Shown piece by piece: positions 24,353 to 33,963 of a stretch of 42,068 nucleotides of DNA (its first letter is position 1; every line of letters starts with the position of its first letter). The DNA is taken from IMG/VR virus record IMGVR_UViG_3300024286_000002, positions 1 through 42,068 of that record; one strand, 5' to 3'. A program made the position numbers and the translations under genes. The notes under the pieces were generated by a model. That model saw nothing but the letters and a program-made list of their open reading frames with translations, made no database searches and was not told where the DNA came from. The stretch is from a virus. Lineage: Duplodnaviria; Caudoviricetes.

Positions 24353-24745
24353 ATGGCGCGAGCTTTAACGAATCAAGGTGCAGTGGATGGAAGCCTTCTC
24401 CAACAGGTCTATGATGGCGATGCATTGCAAGGACCGATTACCCTTCTCACTGGCACTGCTGATGCCATCAATCCGCACGTTTCAGGGAATTACATCGTCA
24501 AAACTGGTTCTGCGGATGCAATGACACTTGGAGCGCCAACACCAGGAACAGATGACAATTTGAGCATTGCCATTTATTCTGACACTCTGTTTGCCCACAC
24601 GATTACGGCAACTTCCCTGTTTGCGAATGGAACAGCCCTAAAAACCACTTGCACTTTTGGTGCTTTCAGAGGTGCAGGAATCGTTCTGCGAGCATTCAAT
24701 GGCGTCTGGCAGGTAATGGCACAAACCACAGCTCCGCTGACTTAA
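24353..24745 (+). CDS. Capsid decoration/accessory protein (paralog)
   Basis: AAGGAG RBS; repeat of the preceding gene's C-terminal domain. Confidence 0.75.
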   Translation: MARALTNQGAVDGSLLQQVYDGDALQGPITLLTGTADAINPHVSGNYIVKTGSADAMTLGAPTPGTDDNLSIAIYSDTLFAHTITATSLFANGTALKTTCTFGAFRGAGIVLRAFNGVWQVMAQTTAPLT

Positions 24746-24754
24746 AGGAGGATT

Positions 24755-25003
24755 GTGGACAACTATCCAAAAACGCTCTACCCGCGAGTGGGCGGTGGCA
24801 GCATCGTGGTGGAAAGCCCAGAGCAAGAGAAACGGCTAGGCGAAGGCTGGATGGTGCATCCACCTTTTCCATTAGTTTCTGAAGAAATAAGTAAGTTTGG
24901 CGAAATGATGGATACTATTGGGCATGAGCCCGAAGCTCCAGCTCCTAAACGCCGTGGTAGGCCCAAAAAGGTGGTAGAGCTATCACTGGACAAGATCTCA
25001 TAA
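24755..25003 (+). CDS. Small head-associated protein
   Basis: YPK.LY, IV.S.E.E..L..GW, KRRGRPKK. Confidence 0.75.
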   Translation: MDNYPKTLYPRVGGGSIVVESPEQEKRLGEGWMVHPPFPLVSEEISKFGEMMDTIGHEPEAPAPKRRGRPKKVVELSLDKIS

Positions 25004-25011
25004 GCAGCTCG

Positions 25012-25731
25012 ATGCGGCTAATTGGGGCTTTGGGCAGCGGTGAGACTCCAAAGCCTGATGAGGCTTCTGATGGCTTGATGGTGCTCAATCAGATGCTCGA
25101 TAGCTGGCTGGCTGAACGTTTGATGGCGTTTTCCATTCTGATTGAAGAATTTCCCCTCACTGCTGGCAATGGCACCTATACGATGGGCCCTGGTGGCAAT
25201 TTCAATACAGCGCGGCCAGTTCGCATTGATCGTATGAGCATTGTCTGGCTGGCGAATCCATTGCAACCGCTAGAGCTTCCGATTCCCTACTTGACAGACT
25301 GGGATTGGCAGAATGTCCCTGTAAAGAACATCCAGACTTCACTCCCAACTGCCGTCTATGACGATGGCAACTTCCCACTGAGGAATCTGACCTATTGGGG
25401 CTTGCCAACTGGCCAAGTCAATACACGGATTTACAGCTGGCAGCAGCTTAGACAATTCCCCGACTTGTTCACCGATGTGACTTTCCCTCCAGGGTACATC
25501 GAAGCTCTACGCTACAACTTGGCAGTGCGGCTAATCGCTGAATATCCAGGCGAATACTCGCAAATCACGGTTTCGGCTACGCAGACGTTAGCAGTAGAGT
25601 CACTTGCGCGGGTCAAGAGCTTGAATGTTCCATTGATTGAGGCGTTCTGCGATTCAGCATTGCAAGGGCGCGGCGGCTATTACAACTTCTATTCAGACCA
25701 GCCAGCGGGTTACGGCTATGGGAGGAATTAA
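25012..25731 (+). CDS. Head-to-tail adaptor (P22 gp4-like); true N-terminus probably extends to about 24979
   Basis: RLIG.L.SGETP...E..DGL..LN.MLDSW, PPGY..AL.YNLA.RL..EY. Confidence 0.85.
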   Translation: MRLIGALGSGETPKPDEASDGLMVLNQMLDSWLAERLMAFSILIEEFPLTAGNGTYTMGPGGNFNTARPVRIDRMSIVWLANPLQPLELPIPYLTDWDWQNVPVKNIQTSLPTAVYDDGNFPLRNLTYWGLPTGQVNTRIYSWQQLRQFPDLFTDVTFPPGYIEALRYNLAVRLIAEYPGEYSQITVSATQTLAVESLARVKSLNVPLIEAFCDSALQGRGGYYNFYSDQPAGYGYGRN

Positions 25732-26642
25732 TGCCCAAATTCCCGCTGATTGGGCCTTCCTATACCAGCCAATCGGTTAACGCCGATTGTCAAACAACGA
25801 TGAACCTGTACCCTGAGCAAATCGAATCAGGGGCAGGAAACAATCAGATCGTTCTTTATCCTACGCCTGGCCTAAAAGGCTTCACAGACCTCACTCCGGT
25901 AGTGCCAGATCTTCTGCAGCCGGAAATCGTCGATGTAAATCAATACGGATGGGATACAGCCGGAGGATCGAACTCAGGAAATTCTAGAATAAACGTCCCT
26001 GTACTAACGGCCACTATTCAACCTGGAGACATACTTTTCCTTCTGTTCAATGCCACTGTTGGGCCTGGAAAACCATATAATCCGATTCTTACAATCACAG
26101 CTCCATCATTATTGGCAGGTAGTTTCACGCGATTGGGAGACCCTTACTACGATTTAGGTCTATTAGCTATTCCCAATGAATTCAGGTTCTTTCAGGTTTT
26201 CTATGCCGTTGCCGAGAATTCCGTACCTTCCACCACACTTTTAGTCAATCTGAATCTCACTTCGATAGCTTTCAACAATTTTGATATGGGTGGGGCTTTT
26301 CTTCTGGTCCGTAACATTTTAGCCTTGGACCAGCTTACAAGCCTGATTTCCCCTTCAGCGAGCATTTCAGCGCCGGCTATCACCACAACAGTGCCACGAT
26401 TCGTTTTTACCTTCTTTGGCTCCAATGAAGCATTGAGCACGCCACATCCAGATCCAACGATTTATCACTTTTTCACTCCAGGCAGTTCTGGAATGGCAGC
26501 GATTGCGGCATTTTTTATCTTAGATCCCATGCTAGGAACGATTTACACGGCTCCTGCTGGTGTATATAGTCCAGCGTGGGCGAAAGCAGGAAGTTTCTTG
26601 GCTGTTGCGCTTAACGTTTCTTTTTCGATTAAACCGGCATGA
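25731..26642 (+). CDS. N-terminal segment of a gp10-like tail hub fused to an unrelated beta domain
   Basis: GPSY...S.NAD.Q...NLYPE...LY.TPGL in the first ~50 aa, then unrelated AT-richer sequence. Confidence 0.7.
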   Translation: MPKFPLIGPSYTSQSVNADCQTTMNLYPEQIESGAGNNQIVLYPTPGLKGFTDLTPVVPDLLQPEIVDVNQYGWDTAGGSNSGNSRINVPVLTATIQPGDILFLLFNATVGPGKPYNPILTITAPSLLAGSFTRLGDPYYDLGLLAIPNEFRFFQVFYAVAENSVPSTTLLVNLNLTSIAFNNFDMGGAFLLVRNILALDQLTSLISPSASISAPAITTTVPRFVFTFFGSNEALSTPHPDPTIYHFFTPGSSGMAAIAAFFILDPMLGTIYTAPAGVYSPAWAKAGSFLAVALNVSFSIKPA

Positions 26643-28264
26643 GTGTACGCGGCCTATTCACGATTAAAGTTGGCGGGACGCAGGGACGTACCTTCGCCGT
26701 CTCTCAGACTAACTTCGATGAAATCTTTGCCAATACCACTTTTGCATCCAGAGGAGCGGTATCGAATGATAGTCAGCTAGTTTCATTTGCTTCCAGTGCT
26801 CAGCAGATGATTATTGCCGCTGCCGGCACGATGTATCTATTTGACTTAGGCACAAACACATTTTCGACAGTGCCAGCAGCTAATTTCACAGGGCCAGTGT
26901 CACAGGTAGGCTATTCCGATGGCTTCTTTCTGGCCCTCATTGCCGATTCAAACCGTTTTTACGTTTCAGGTGCCTTGGATGCTACGGACTGGACCAGCAA
27001 TGGATCGGCGCTAGTGTCTGAATTCCCCGATAATCTAGTTTCAATGCTTGTCGATCACCGGCAAATCTGGTTCTGGAGCGCGACAAAGGCCATTGTCTAC
27101 TACAACTCAGGAGCTAACTTCCCATTTGACCCTGTACCCTCTGGATTCATTGAACAGGGCTGTGCGGCTAAATGGTCACCAGCTCGTCTGGACAATACGA
27201 TTTTCTGGCTAGGTTCAGACGATCGGGGCAGCGGAATTGTCTGGAAAGCGACTGGCTATACGCCTAGCAGAGTTTCTAATCACGCTATCGAATTTGCCAT
27301 GCAAGGCTATGTGCGGATTGACGATGCTATTGGCTATGCCTTTCAGATGCAAGGGCATTCGTTCTATCAGCTTTACTTTCCGGCAGCAGGTAAGACTTGG
27401 CGCTATGACGTAGCTACTTCCATGTGGCATGAAGTCGGCTTCTGGAATGTCAATTTCGGATTCTTTGAAGCGCATCATTCGCAGGTCCATACCTTCAACT
27501 TCGGCAAGCACCTCGTAGGCGATTGGTCCAGCAACAAAATTTACGATATGGAAATCCCGAAGTGGAACAACGGCGTATGGGACTTTGCAACCGATGATGG
27601 AGCTTTGATTCGCAGAGTTAGGCGCTGCGCCCACGTTTCCGATGAGCAGCATTACTCCATGCATCATCAGATTCAGCTATTCCTAGAGACTGGCCTAGGT
27701 CCAGTACCACCCCTGCCTGGAAGTGAAGCGCCTACTAGCTTCATTCTTGCCGATGGCACAGGTGCTCTATGGTCGCTAGGGATTTCTGATATTGGAGTAC
27801 TGACCACGACTGGCGGGGCATTTGGAACGCCTGGAACATTGATTCTGACCGATACAACTGATGGCACAACATCTTGGCAAGTTGGCGTCAATAACATCGG
27901 AGTTTTGACTACTGTACAGGTTCCTTTTGGTTCGTCTTATCCGACTGTGCTGCAAATGGTTTCCGCTTCCGGCACGCAGCGTTGGACCATGTATTTGAGC
28001 AATCTAGGAGTGCTGATTACCAGTCCTGGTGGCGCTGTCTTTCGTGAGCCTCAAGTCTCTGTGCGCTGGAGCGATGATTCAGCGCATACCTTTGGCAATG
28101 AATACCTAATTGGCTGCGGATTCTCAGGCGAATTCGCTAAACGTGTCATGCTGCGGAGACTAGGCCGAGCTAGAGACAGAGTTTATGAGATTTCCATGAG
28201 CGATCCAATCCCCTGGCGCTTGATTGCGGGTTACTTGGAGGTGGCTGGCAGTGGCGACAGGTAG
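26639..28264 (+). CDS. Packaged-DNA stabilisation/tail hub protein (P22 gp10-like), main body
   Basis: VRGL, DGFF, E.PD.L, E.GC.A, RVS.HAIE, GH.FY.L.FP, W.YD.AT..WH, RWSDD, RLG.ARDRV. Confidence 0.88.
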   Translation: MSVRGLFTIKVGGTQGRTFAVSQTNFDEIFANTTFASRGAVSNDSQLVSFASSAQQMIIAAAGTMYLFDLGTNTFSTVPAANFTGPVSQVGYSDGFFLALIADSNRFYVSGALDATDWTSNGSALVSEFPDNLVSMLVDHRQIWFWSATKAIVYYNSGANFPFDPVPSGFIEQGCAAKWSPARLDNTIFWLGSDDRGSGIVWKATGYTPSRVSNHAIEFAMQGYVRIDDAIGYAFQMQGHSFYQLYFPAAGKTWRYDVATSMWHEVGFWNVNFGFFEAHHSQVHTFNFGKHLVGDWSSNKIYDMEIPKWNNGVWDFATDDGALIRRVRRCAHVSDEQHYSMHHQIQLFLETGLGPVPPLPGSEAPTSFILADGTGALWSLGISDIGVLTTTGGAFGTPGTLILTDTTDGTTSWQVGVNNIGVLTTVQVPFGSSYPTVLQMVSASGTQRWTMYLSNLGVLITSPGGAVFREPQVSVRWSDDSAHTFGNEYLIGCGFSGEFAKRVMLRRLGRARDRVYEISMSDPIPWRLIAGYLEVAGSGDR

Positions 28265-29051
28265 CTCATTCCCACCAGTTCCTACGCAGACGCCTTTGCT
28301 CGACAAGGATTCGGCGTCTGGCATGAACATTGATTGGATTAAATGGTTTATTGCTGTAGGAGTCTTTTTCAGTAATGCCGCTAAAACGCTAGTTGCATCT
28401 TTCAATGGACGTTCTGGCGCAGTTCTTCCCCAAGCCGGAGACTATCCACCTGCACTCGGCGGTACAGGTCAGACGAACTGGCAAAAGGGGAATCTCTTAG
28501 TTGGTGCCGGCCCTTCCACTACGGATTTGCTGGCTGTAGGCGTCAATGCGGCTGTGCTCACCGCTGATTCTGGTTCACCAGATGGCGTGAAGTGGTCGTT
28601 GCCAGCATCCCAAGCCGTTTCTAGCGTGTTTGGACGTGTTGGCGCAGTCACAGCCTCACCTGGAGACTACAGCCCTCAGAATGGCGGCACGGGTCAAACG
28701 TCATGGGTAAAAGGCAATCTTTTAGTAGGGCAAGCAGTGAACGTTACGGCAGTTCTTCCTCCAGGCGCCAATACACAATCGCTTGTCTATGATTCAACCG
28801 CTCTCAACGGCATTCGCTACCTGAAATATGGCGATGCGGTCACGCCTACTGGCGTAGTGGACGGAGTAAACAAGGTTTTTACTCTACCAGACAGTCCTTC
28901 GCCGGCACTTTCCTTGCAGTTATTCCTGAATTCTGGAGGGGCGGGTAACTACATCCTGCAAAACGGGCTGTACGTGCTGGCCGGAAACACGATCACTTAC
29001 ACAACGGCTCCGATTGTCGCTTCAACACATTTAGCGTGGTACAGAGCATGA
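28251..29051 (+). CDS. Tail needle/fibre-like protein with two tandem repeats
   Basis: GGAGG RBS with GTG; W..WF N-terminus; two copies of V.S..GR.GAV....GDY....GGTGQT.W.KGNLLVG. Confidence 0.75.
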   Translation: MATGSSFPPVPTQTPLLDKDSASGMNIDWIKWFIAVGVFFSNAAKTLVASFNGRSGAVLPQAGDYPPALGGTGQTNWQKGNLLVGAGPSTTDLLAVGVNAAVLTADSGSPDGVKWSLPASQAVSSVFGRVGAVTASPGDYSPQNGGTGQTSWVKGNLLVGQAVNVTAVLPPGANTQSLVYDSTALNGIRYLKYGDAVTPTGVVDGVNKVFTLPDSPSPALSLQLFLNSGGAGNYILQNGLYVLAGNTITYTTAPIVASTHLAWYRA

Positions 29052-29521
29052 TAGAACGCACAAAAGACTGGACCTTGATTAAGCGCATTATCACAGACAG
29101 GAGCGTTTACCCTCGCGTCAGTGATGATAAGAGTCCTTGCGCTGATTGCTGGCAGCCAATCAAGGATGAAGCCATGTACTATCTGCTCGCTAAGCGCGAA
29201 ATGGATATACTGGGCCTTTTTGCCGTATCGCCTGAAAACGGAATATGCTACAAGGTGCATACGTGTCTTTTACCCCATTCTTATGGCGAAAAAGCCACAA
29301 TCGCGGCGAAAGAGTTGATTGCTTGGGTGTTTTCAAACTTGCAATGCGAGAGGCTCATTACGGAAGTGCCTGAATTTAATAAACTTGCGCTGAAGTTTGC
29401 GGAGCGGAGCGGCATGACGCGCTTCGGCTATAACCCTAAGAGTTATCTCAAAGATGGGAAGCTACAAGGCATGACCTTGCTTGGTATCTCGAAGGAGGAT
29501 TTGTGCCAGTCGCAGCTATAG
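29048..29521 (+). CDS. GNAT-fold protein (P22 gp14/DUF2824-like)
   Basis: VHTCLLP..YG, L.T.VP..N..A..FA...G...G; position before ejection proteins. Confidence 0.8.
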   Translation: MIERTKDWTLIKRIITDRSVYPRVSDDKSPCADCWQPIKDEAMYYLLAKREMDILGLFAVSPENGICYKVHTCLLPHSYGEKATIAAKELIAWVFSNLQCERLITEVPEFNKLALKFAERSGMTRFGYNPKSYLKDGKLQGMTLLGISKEDLCQSQL

Positions 29522-30354
29522 GCGCAGGAGCATCGCTATTAGGCGGGTTGCTAGGCTCACATGCGGCCAGCGATGCAGCGGCCAAACAAGCCAATGCAGC
29601 CGCACAAGCCGCAAATACTGCCAGACAGAATCAGAACCTTTCGACCAATTACCAGACTGGCGTCGCGGGTCAGCAGACCAATCTACTCAGTCCCTATGCC
29701 ACTGCCGGTCAATCTTCCATCGGCAATCTTTCAGCTTTGCTTCAGCCTGGAGGTCAACTTACACAGGGCTATGGGCAGTTTGAAGCTCCCACAGGTGTCA
29801 CCGAGCAAAACGATCCTGGGTATCAGTTTAGACTCAGCCAAGGATTACAAGCATTGCAGAACAGCGCTGCTGCCAGAGGTGGCCTACTCTCAAGCGGCAC
29901 GGCCAAGAACATCAACGACTATGCCCAGAATCAAGCCAGCAACGAATACGGCAATGTCTACAACCGCGCTTTGCAGACCTACGGCACAAACTTCAACACG
30001 TACAACACCAATCAGGGGAATCTCTACAATCGGCTGGCAGGAGTCTCTCAGCTAGGTGCTCAGGCCGGCTCGACGCTGGGAGGCTTGCTTCAAGCTGGCG
30101 CTAGTAACATCGCAGGAATCAACAATGCAGCCAGCAATCAGATCGGTGGAGCATTGCAGAACCAAGGCGCAGCGCAAGCGAGCGGCATCATCGGTGCTAA
30201 CAATGCTTGGCAGGGGGCGCTTGGGGGAATTGCCAACAACCTTGGCGGGTACATGGCCCAGAATCCATTCGGCGGCGGTGGAGCGAGTGGCTATGGAGCA
30301 CCTACTAACACGCTTATGAGCGGCTCCAACAATCCCTATACGGAGTATTCCTGA
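29503..30354 (+). CDS. DNA ejection protein (gp7-like)
   Basis: Gly/Ala/Gln-rich; DPGYQFRL.QG..AL..SAAARGGL.SG. Confidence 0.85.
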   Translation: MPVAAIGAGASLLGGLLGSHAASDAAAKQANAAAQAANTARQNQNLSTNYQTGVAGQQTNLLSPYATAGQSSIGNLSALLQPGGQLTQGYGQFEAPTGVTEQNDPGYQFRLSQGLQALQNSAAARGGLLSSGTAKNINDYAQNQASNEYGNVYNRALQTYGTNFNTYNTNQGNLYNRLAGVSQLGAQAGSTLGGLLQAGASNIAGINNAASNQIGGALQNQGAAQASGIIGANNAWQGALGGIANNLGGYMAQNPFGGGGASGYGAPTNTLMSGSNNPYTEYS

Positions 30355-31859
30355 TGGGAATCCCACTCGTAGCCTTAATGGGCCGGCAGCCGCAAATCAA
30401 CGATTACGCGCAGAATATCGCGCAAGCACAGCAAATCCAGGGCATGAAGAACCAGAACGCTCTGGCGCCTGGACAGCTACAACTACAGCAGCAGCAAATT
30501 CAAGGCCAGGGATTAGAGATTCAAAAAGAGCAGCAATCCTTAAAAGATCAGCAAGCACTCACTAAAGCCATGCAAGATTGGGATGGTAAAGATTACAATT
30601 CCCTCCCAGGTTTGGTTTTGAAGCAGGGCGGTTCTGCACAAGCTGTTCTCGGCCTGAAAAGTTCGCTTCTTCAACAGCAAAAGGCTCTAACTGATTTAAA
30701 TGAGAGTCAGTTGAAGATGGAAGAAACGAAAAACGATCATTTTGCACAGGCACTCGACAATGTTTTATCAGCACCCGTCGATGAGCAGCCGCAAAGATTC
30801 CAAGAAGCTATCGCTGATTCTATTAATAAAGGGTATCTGAATCCTCAGCAGGCCCAAGGTTTGCAATACCAGGGTCCTCAGCAATTAGAGGCTTTGAAGA
30901 AATTCACTTTAGGTCATAAAACGGCTTTGGCACAAGCCGCAGAACAGGCAAAAGCTCAGCAGGAAATGACTGCTTCCACTAAGAACGTAGCCGAAGCAAA
31001 TAAAGCCGACGTGGAAACCAAACTTACACAGGCTCAGTTAGATGCCATGCAATCGGGTGGACTGAATCCCAAAGTTCCTCTGGAATTTCAGGAAGCGCAA
31101 TCCTATTTGAAGTCACATCCAGGAAAATCTCTAAATGACTATCAAGTATGGAAAGCTCAGCATTCGCCCACTGTGATGTTACAAGGAATTGGCAGCGGCG
31201 GTGCGGCGGGAGATCCAATGGTGGATATGGTTGGCCAAGGTAGGGTAGACCTTTCCACTGTGCTATCGCGCATGGCTCCAGTTGCAAAAGATTCCTTCTT
31301 GCGTCAGTTGAACGCTAAATATCCAGGCTTTAGCCAGCTCGGCTATGGCATGGAAAAATACATGACGCAGGGTGAAGGCGGGAAAAATCTCACCGCATTT
31401 AATACTGCCATCGAACATGCCAATCAGTTGAATAGCGCCGTAGATGCTCTACAAAATGGCGATAACCGAACGCTCAATAAAGTTGGTAATGCTCTTGGTT
31501 ATGAGTTTGGCGACAATCGCACCACTAATTTCAATGTCATTAAGAGTGCCCTATCTGGAGAAATCAGTAAAGTATTCAAGGGTGGTCAGGCTACCGATGC
31601 TGAAATTAAAGAAGTGCAGGGACCATTTGACACTGCCAATTCTCCAGCGCAACTCAAAGGTGCAATAAACAATGCTATTCGCTTGATGAATTCCAAGCGC
31701 GATGCATTGAAACAACAATTTGAAAGTGGTGTGCAAGGCAAGCCAAATTTTGGCAGCAATTCGACTGCTACCCATCCTTCCGGCCACAATACAGGAGACA
31801 CTCGCCAATATAATGGCGCGACTTATAAATTCGATGGCAATCAATGGGTGAAACAATGA
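30354..31859 (+). CDS. DNA ejection/internal virion protein
   Basis: Gln-rich helical sequence; position. Confidence 0.7.
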   Translation: MGIPLVALMGRQPQINDYAQNIAQAQQIQGMKNQNALAPGQLQLQQQQIQGQGLEIQKEQQSLKDQQALTKAMQDWDGKDYNSLPGLVLKQGGSAQAVLGLKSSLLQQQKALTDLNESQLKMEETKNDHFAQALDNVLSAPVDEQPQRFQEAIADSINKGYLNPQQAQGLQYQGPQQLEALKKFTLGHKTALAQAAEQAKAQQEMTASTKNVAEANKADVETKLTQAQLDAMQSGGLNPKVPLEFQEAQSYLKSHPGKSLNDYQVWKAQHSPTVMLQGIGSGGAAGDPMVDMVGQGRVDLSTVLSRMAPVAKDSFLRQLNAKYPGFSQLGYGMEKYMTQGEGGKNLTAFNTAIEHANQLNSAVDALQNGDNRTLNKVGNALGYEFGDNRTTNFNVIKSALSGEISKVFKGGQATDAEIKEVQGPFDTANSPAQLKGAINNAIRLMNSKRDALKQQFESGVQGKPNFGSNSTATHPSGHNTGDTRQYNGATYKFDGNQWVKQ

Positions 31860-32788
31860 GCACACCTGCGGTTCTGCCAGCCGAGTTTTTCAAGCCTGAA
31901 GCGCCAGATACATTACCCGCTGAATTTTTTAGCCATCAAACAGCAGCGGCCACTAAAGAACCTTCTTTTTATGAAAAGCTGACGGCTCCGATTGATACAG
32001 GGGCTACGAACCCAGTTTCGCGCTTTGCTTCTTCGCTTGGTGGGGCAGTAATTGGTGCTCCAAAGGCTACTTTTGACACTATGTCCGATTTGGCAAAATC
32101 CTATTTTAATCCACGGCGACCTAGCCAAGTAGGGCAGAACATTTCTGAAAGCATTGCTGCTTACGCCAAACCAGAAACATGGAAAGGAATTCCTAGTGTT
32201 TTGCCGGAGGCTCTCGGTCAAGGCGTGGGAAGTGTAGTAGCAGGTGAGATTGCTGGAAAATTGCCTGGAACCATAAAAGCGGAGCTCCCTAGTACAGCCA
32301 ACGCAGGAGCTTCACTCGCAGATATTAAAGGAAGTGTAGGACAAATTCCTATCGATATGACTAAGCCGGGGAATACTGCACTGGAGATTTATACCCAATC
32401 CCAGCGCGGAGGTACGCTCCCAAAGTCAGTACGAGATTTCGTTAATCGAGCCACTAAGCCCGATAGTCCTCCACTCACTTATGCAGAAGCAAAGGATTTC
32501 CAATCGAATATTTCTAGGCTTTCAGCCGATGAATATCAACGTATGAATCCAAATGCCAAGAGGATGGTAGGCCAGTTAAATGCCGATTTGAAAGATAGTT
32601 TAGCTTCGGCGGCTGATATACAGGGCAAGGGCCAGCAATTCCAAGATGCCATGAAGGAATATCACAACGCAATGCGGCTAAAGGGCATGAGCGACGATGC
32701 GATCAGTTATGCATGGAAGACTGCACTGGCTGGCGCAGGTATTTATGGCCTGAGTAAATTGCTAGGAATTGAGGCACCTAAACTATGA
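31856..32788 (+). CDS. DNA ejection/internal virion protein
   Basis: Position; LPAEFF repeated twice at the N-terminus. Confidence 0.65.
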   Translation: MSTPAVLPAEFFKPEAPDTLPAEFFSHQTAAATKEPSFYEKLTAPIDTGATNPVSRFASSLGGAVIGAPKATFDTMSDLAKSYFNPRRPSQVGQNISESIAAYAKPETWKGIPSVLPEALGQGVGSVVAGEIAGKLPGTIKAELPSTANAGASLADIKGSVGQIPIDMTKPGNTALEIYTQSQRGGTLPKSVRDFVNRATKPDSPPLTYAEAKDFQSNISRLSADEYQRMNPNAKRMVGQLNADLKDSLASAADIQGKGQQFQDAMKEYHNAMRLKGMSDDAISYAWKTALAGAGIYGLSKLLGIEAPKL

Positions 32789-33963
32789 GAAAGCTTTTAT
32801 TGCTTCTGGCTTTACTTTTCGCGCTTCCGGCTTATGGCCAAGTGGCCTTGATGCCTTTCACTAAGAGCCAGTTTTTCGACAATTCTGGCCGGCCATGCAC
32901 AGGCTGCAAGCTATTCACTTACGCAGCCGGAACCACGACGCCTCTAGTCACCTATCACGATTCGGCTGGAGTCATTCCCAATACCAACCCAGTGGTTCTC
33001 GATTCGGCTGGTCGCGGCGATGTATGGCTCACCGCTGTAGCTTACAAGCTGATTCTGCAAACCTCTGTAGGCGTAACACTGTGGAGCGAAGATAACATCA
33101 GTTCAGCCAATAACACCTTGCTCGGTTTGAACAACATCTGGACAGGCACAAATACCTGGAACAACACCGCTACATTCAATTCCAGCGTGACATTCAATTC
33201 TGGCTTCACGTCGAGCGGCCCTAACAACATGAGCGGTGGAGGTATCCTAGATGGTACTTTTACTGGCACACCTGTCTTTTCTGGCGTACCGAGCTTTTCA
33301 AATGGTTTCAGTTCCACTACAGGCACTTTTAGCGGTCAAATCACTTCGACGCTTGCCACTGGAACGCCACCTTTTGTCATCGCCAGCACCACGCAAGTCA
33401 ACAATTTGAATGCGGGGTTGCTCAATGGCTGTACATGGGCCATTCCCTGCCCTCTAGGCTCAACCACGCCCAACACAGCCAGCATTACCACGTTACTGGC
33501 AAACAGCTTCACGCTCGCTGGCGGTACTCCACAGGTCGCTGTGCAGGGTTCAGATAATCATTTGATGAGTGCTGGAACGATTGCCGGTGCTGCTGGCACT
33601 ACAGTATGCCTCGACGCCAATGCTGGCTTGACTACAACCAGTTGCAGCATAGGCGCCAGCAAGATTCAGGCAGTAACCTATTGCGCGGTGGGCTGTACGG
33701 TCACAGGAACACCTTGTACCACTGGCGGCAGCACTTTTGATACTTGCGACAACTCTATTTCATGGCCAGTGGCTTTCGCCGATGCAAACTACTCCGTGAC
33801 TTGCAGCGGCGTGACTCCTGTAGATGGTGGAAATCCCACAACGGGCAGAGTCAATCTGCAAATCGCATCGCAGAATACGGTTTCTGTTGCTGTTAGAACT
33901 GTGACGCTCGGATCTTCGCCTATTCATTGGACACAAGTGAACTGCACTGGAGTCCATCCTTGA
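32785..33963 (+). CDS. Tailspike/fibre with head-binding domain, preceded by a signal peptide
   Basis: MRKLLLLLALLFALPAYG|Q then QFFD..G.P..G.KL.TY.AGTTTPL.TY...NTNP.VLDSAGR. Confidence 0.85.
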   Translation: MRKLLLLLALLFALPAYGQVALMPFTKSQFFDNSGRPCTGCKLFTYAAGTTTPLVTYHDSAGVIPNTNPVVLDSAGRGDVWLTAVAYKLILQTSVGVTLWSEDNISSANNTLLGLNNIWTGTNTWNNTATFNSSVTFNSGFTSSGPNNMSGGGILDGTFTGTPVFSGVPSFSNGFSSTTGTFSGQITSTLATGTPPFVIASTTQVNNLNAGLLNGCTWAIPCPLGSTTPNTASITTLLANSFTLAGGTPQVAVQGSDNHLMSAGTIAGAAGTTVCLDANAGLTTTSCSIGASKIQAVTYCAVGCTVTGTPCTTGGSTFDTCDNSISWPVAFADANYSVTCSGVTPVDGGNPTTGRVNLQIASQNTVSVAVRTVTLGSSPIHWTQVNCTGVHP

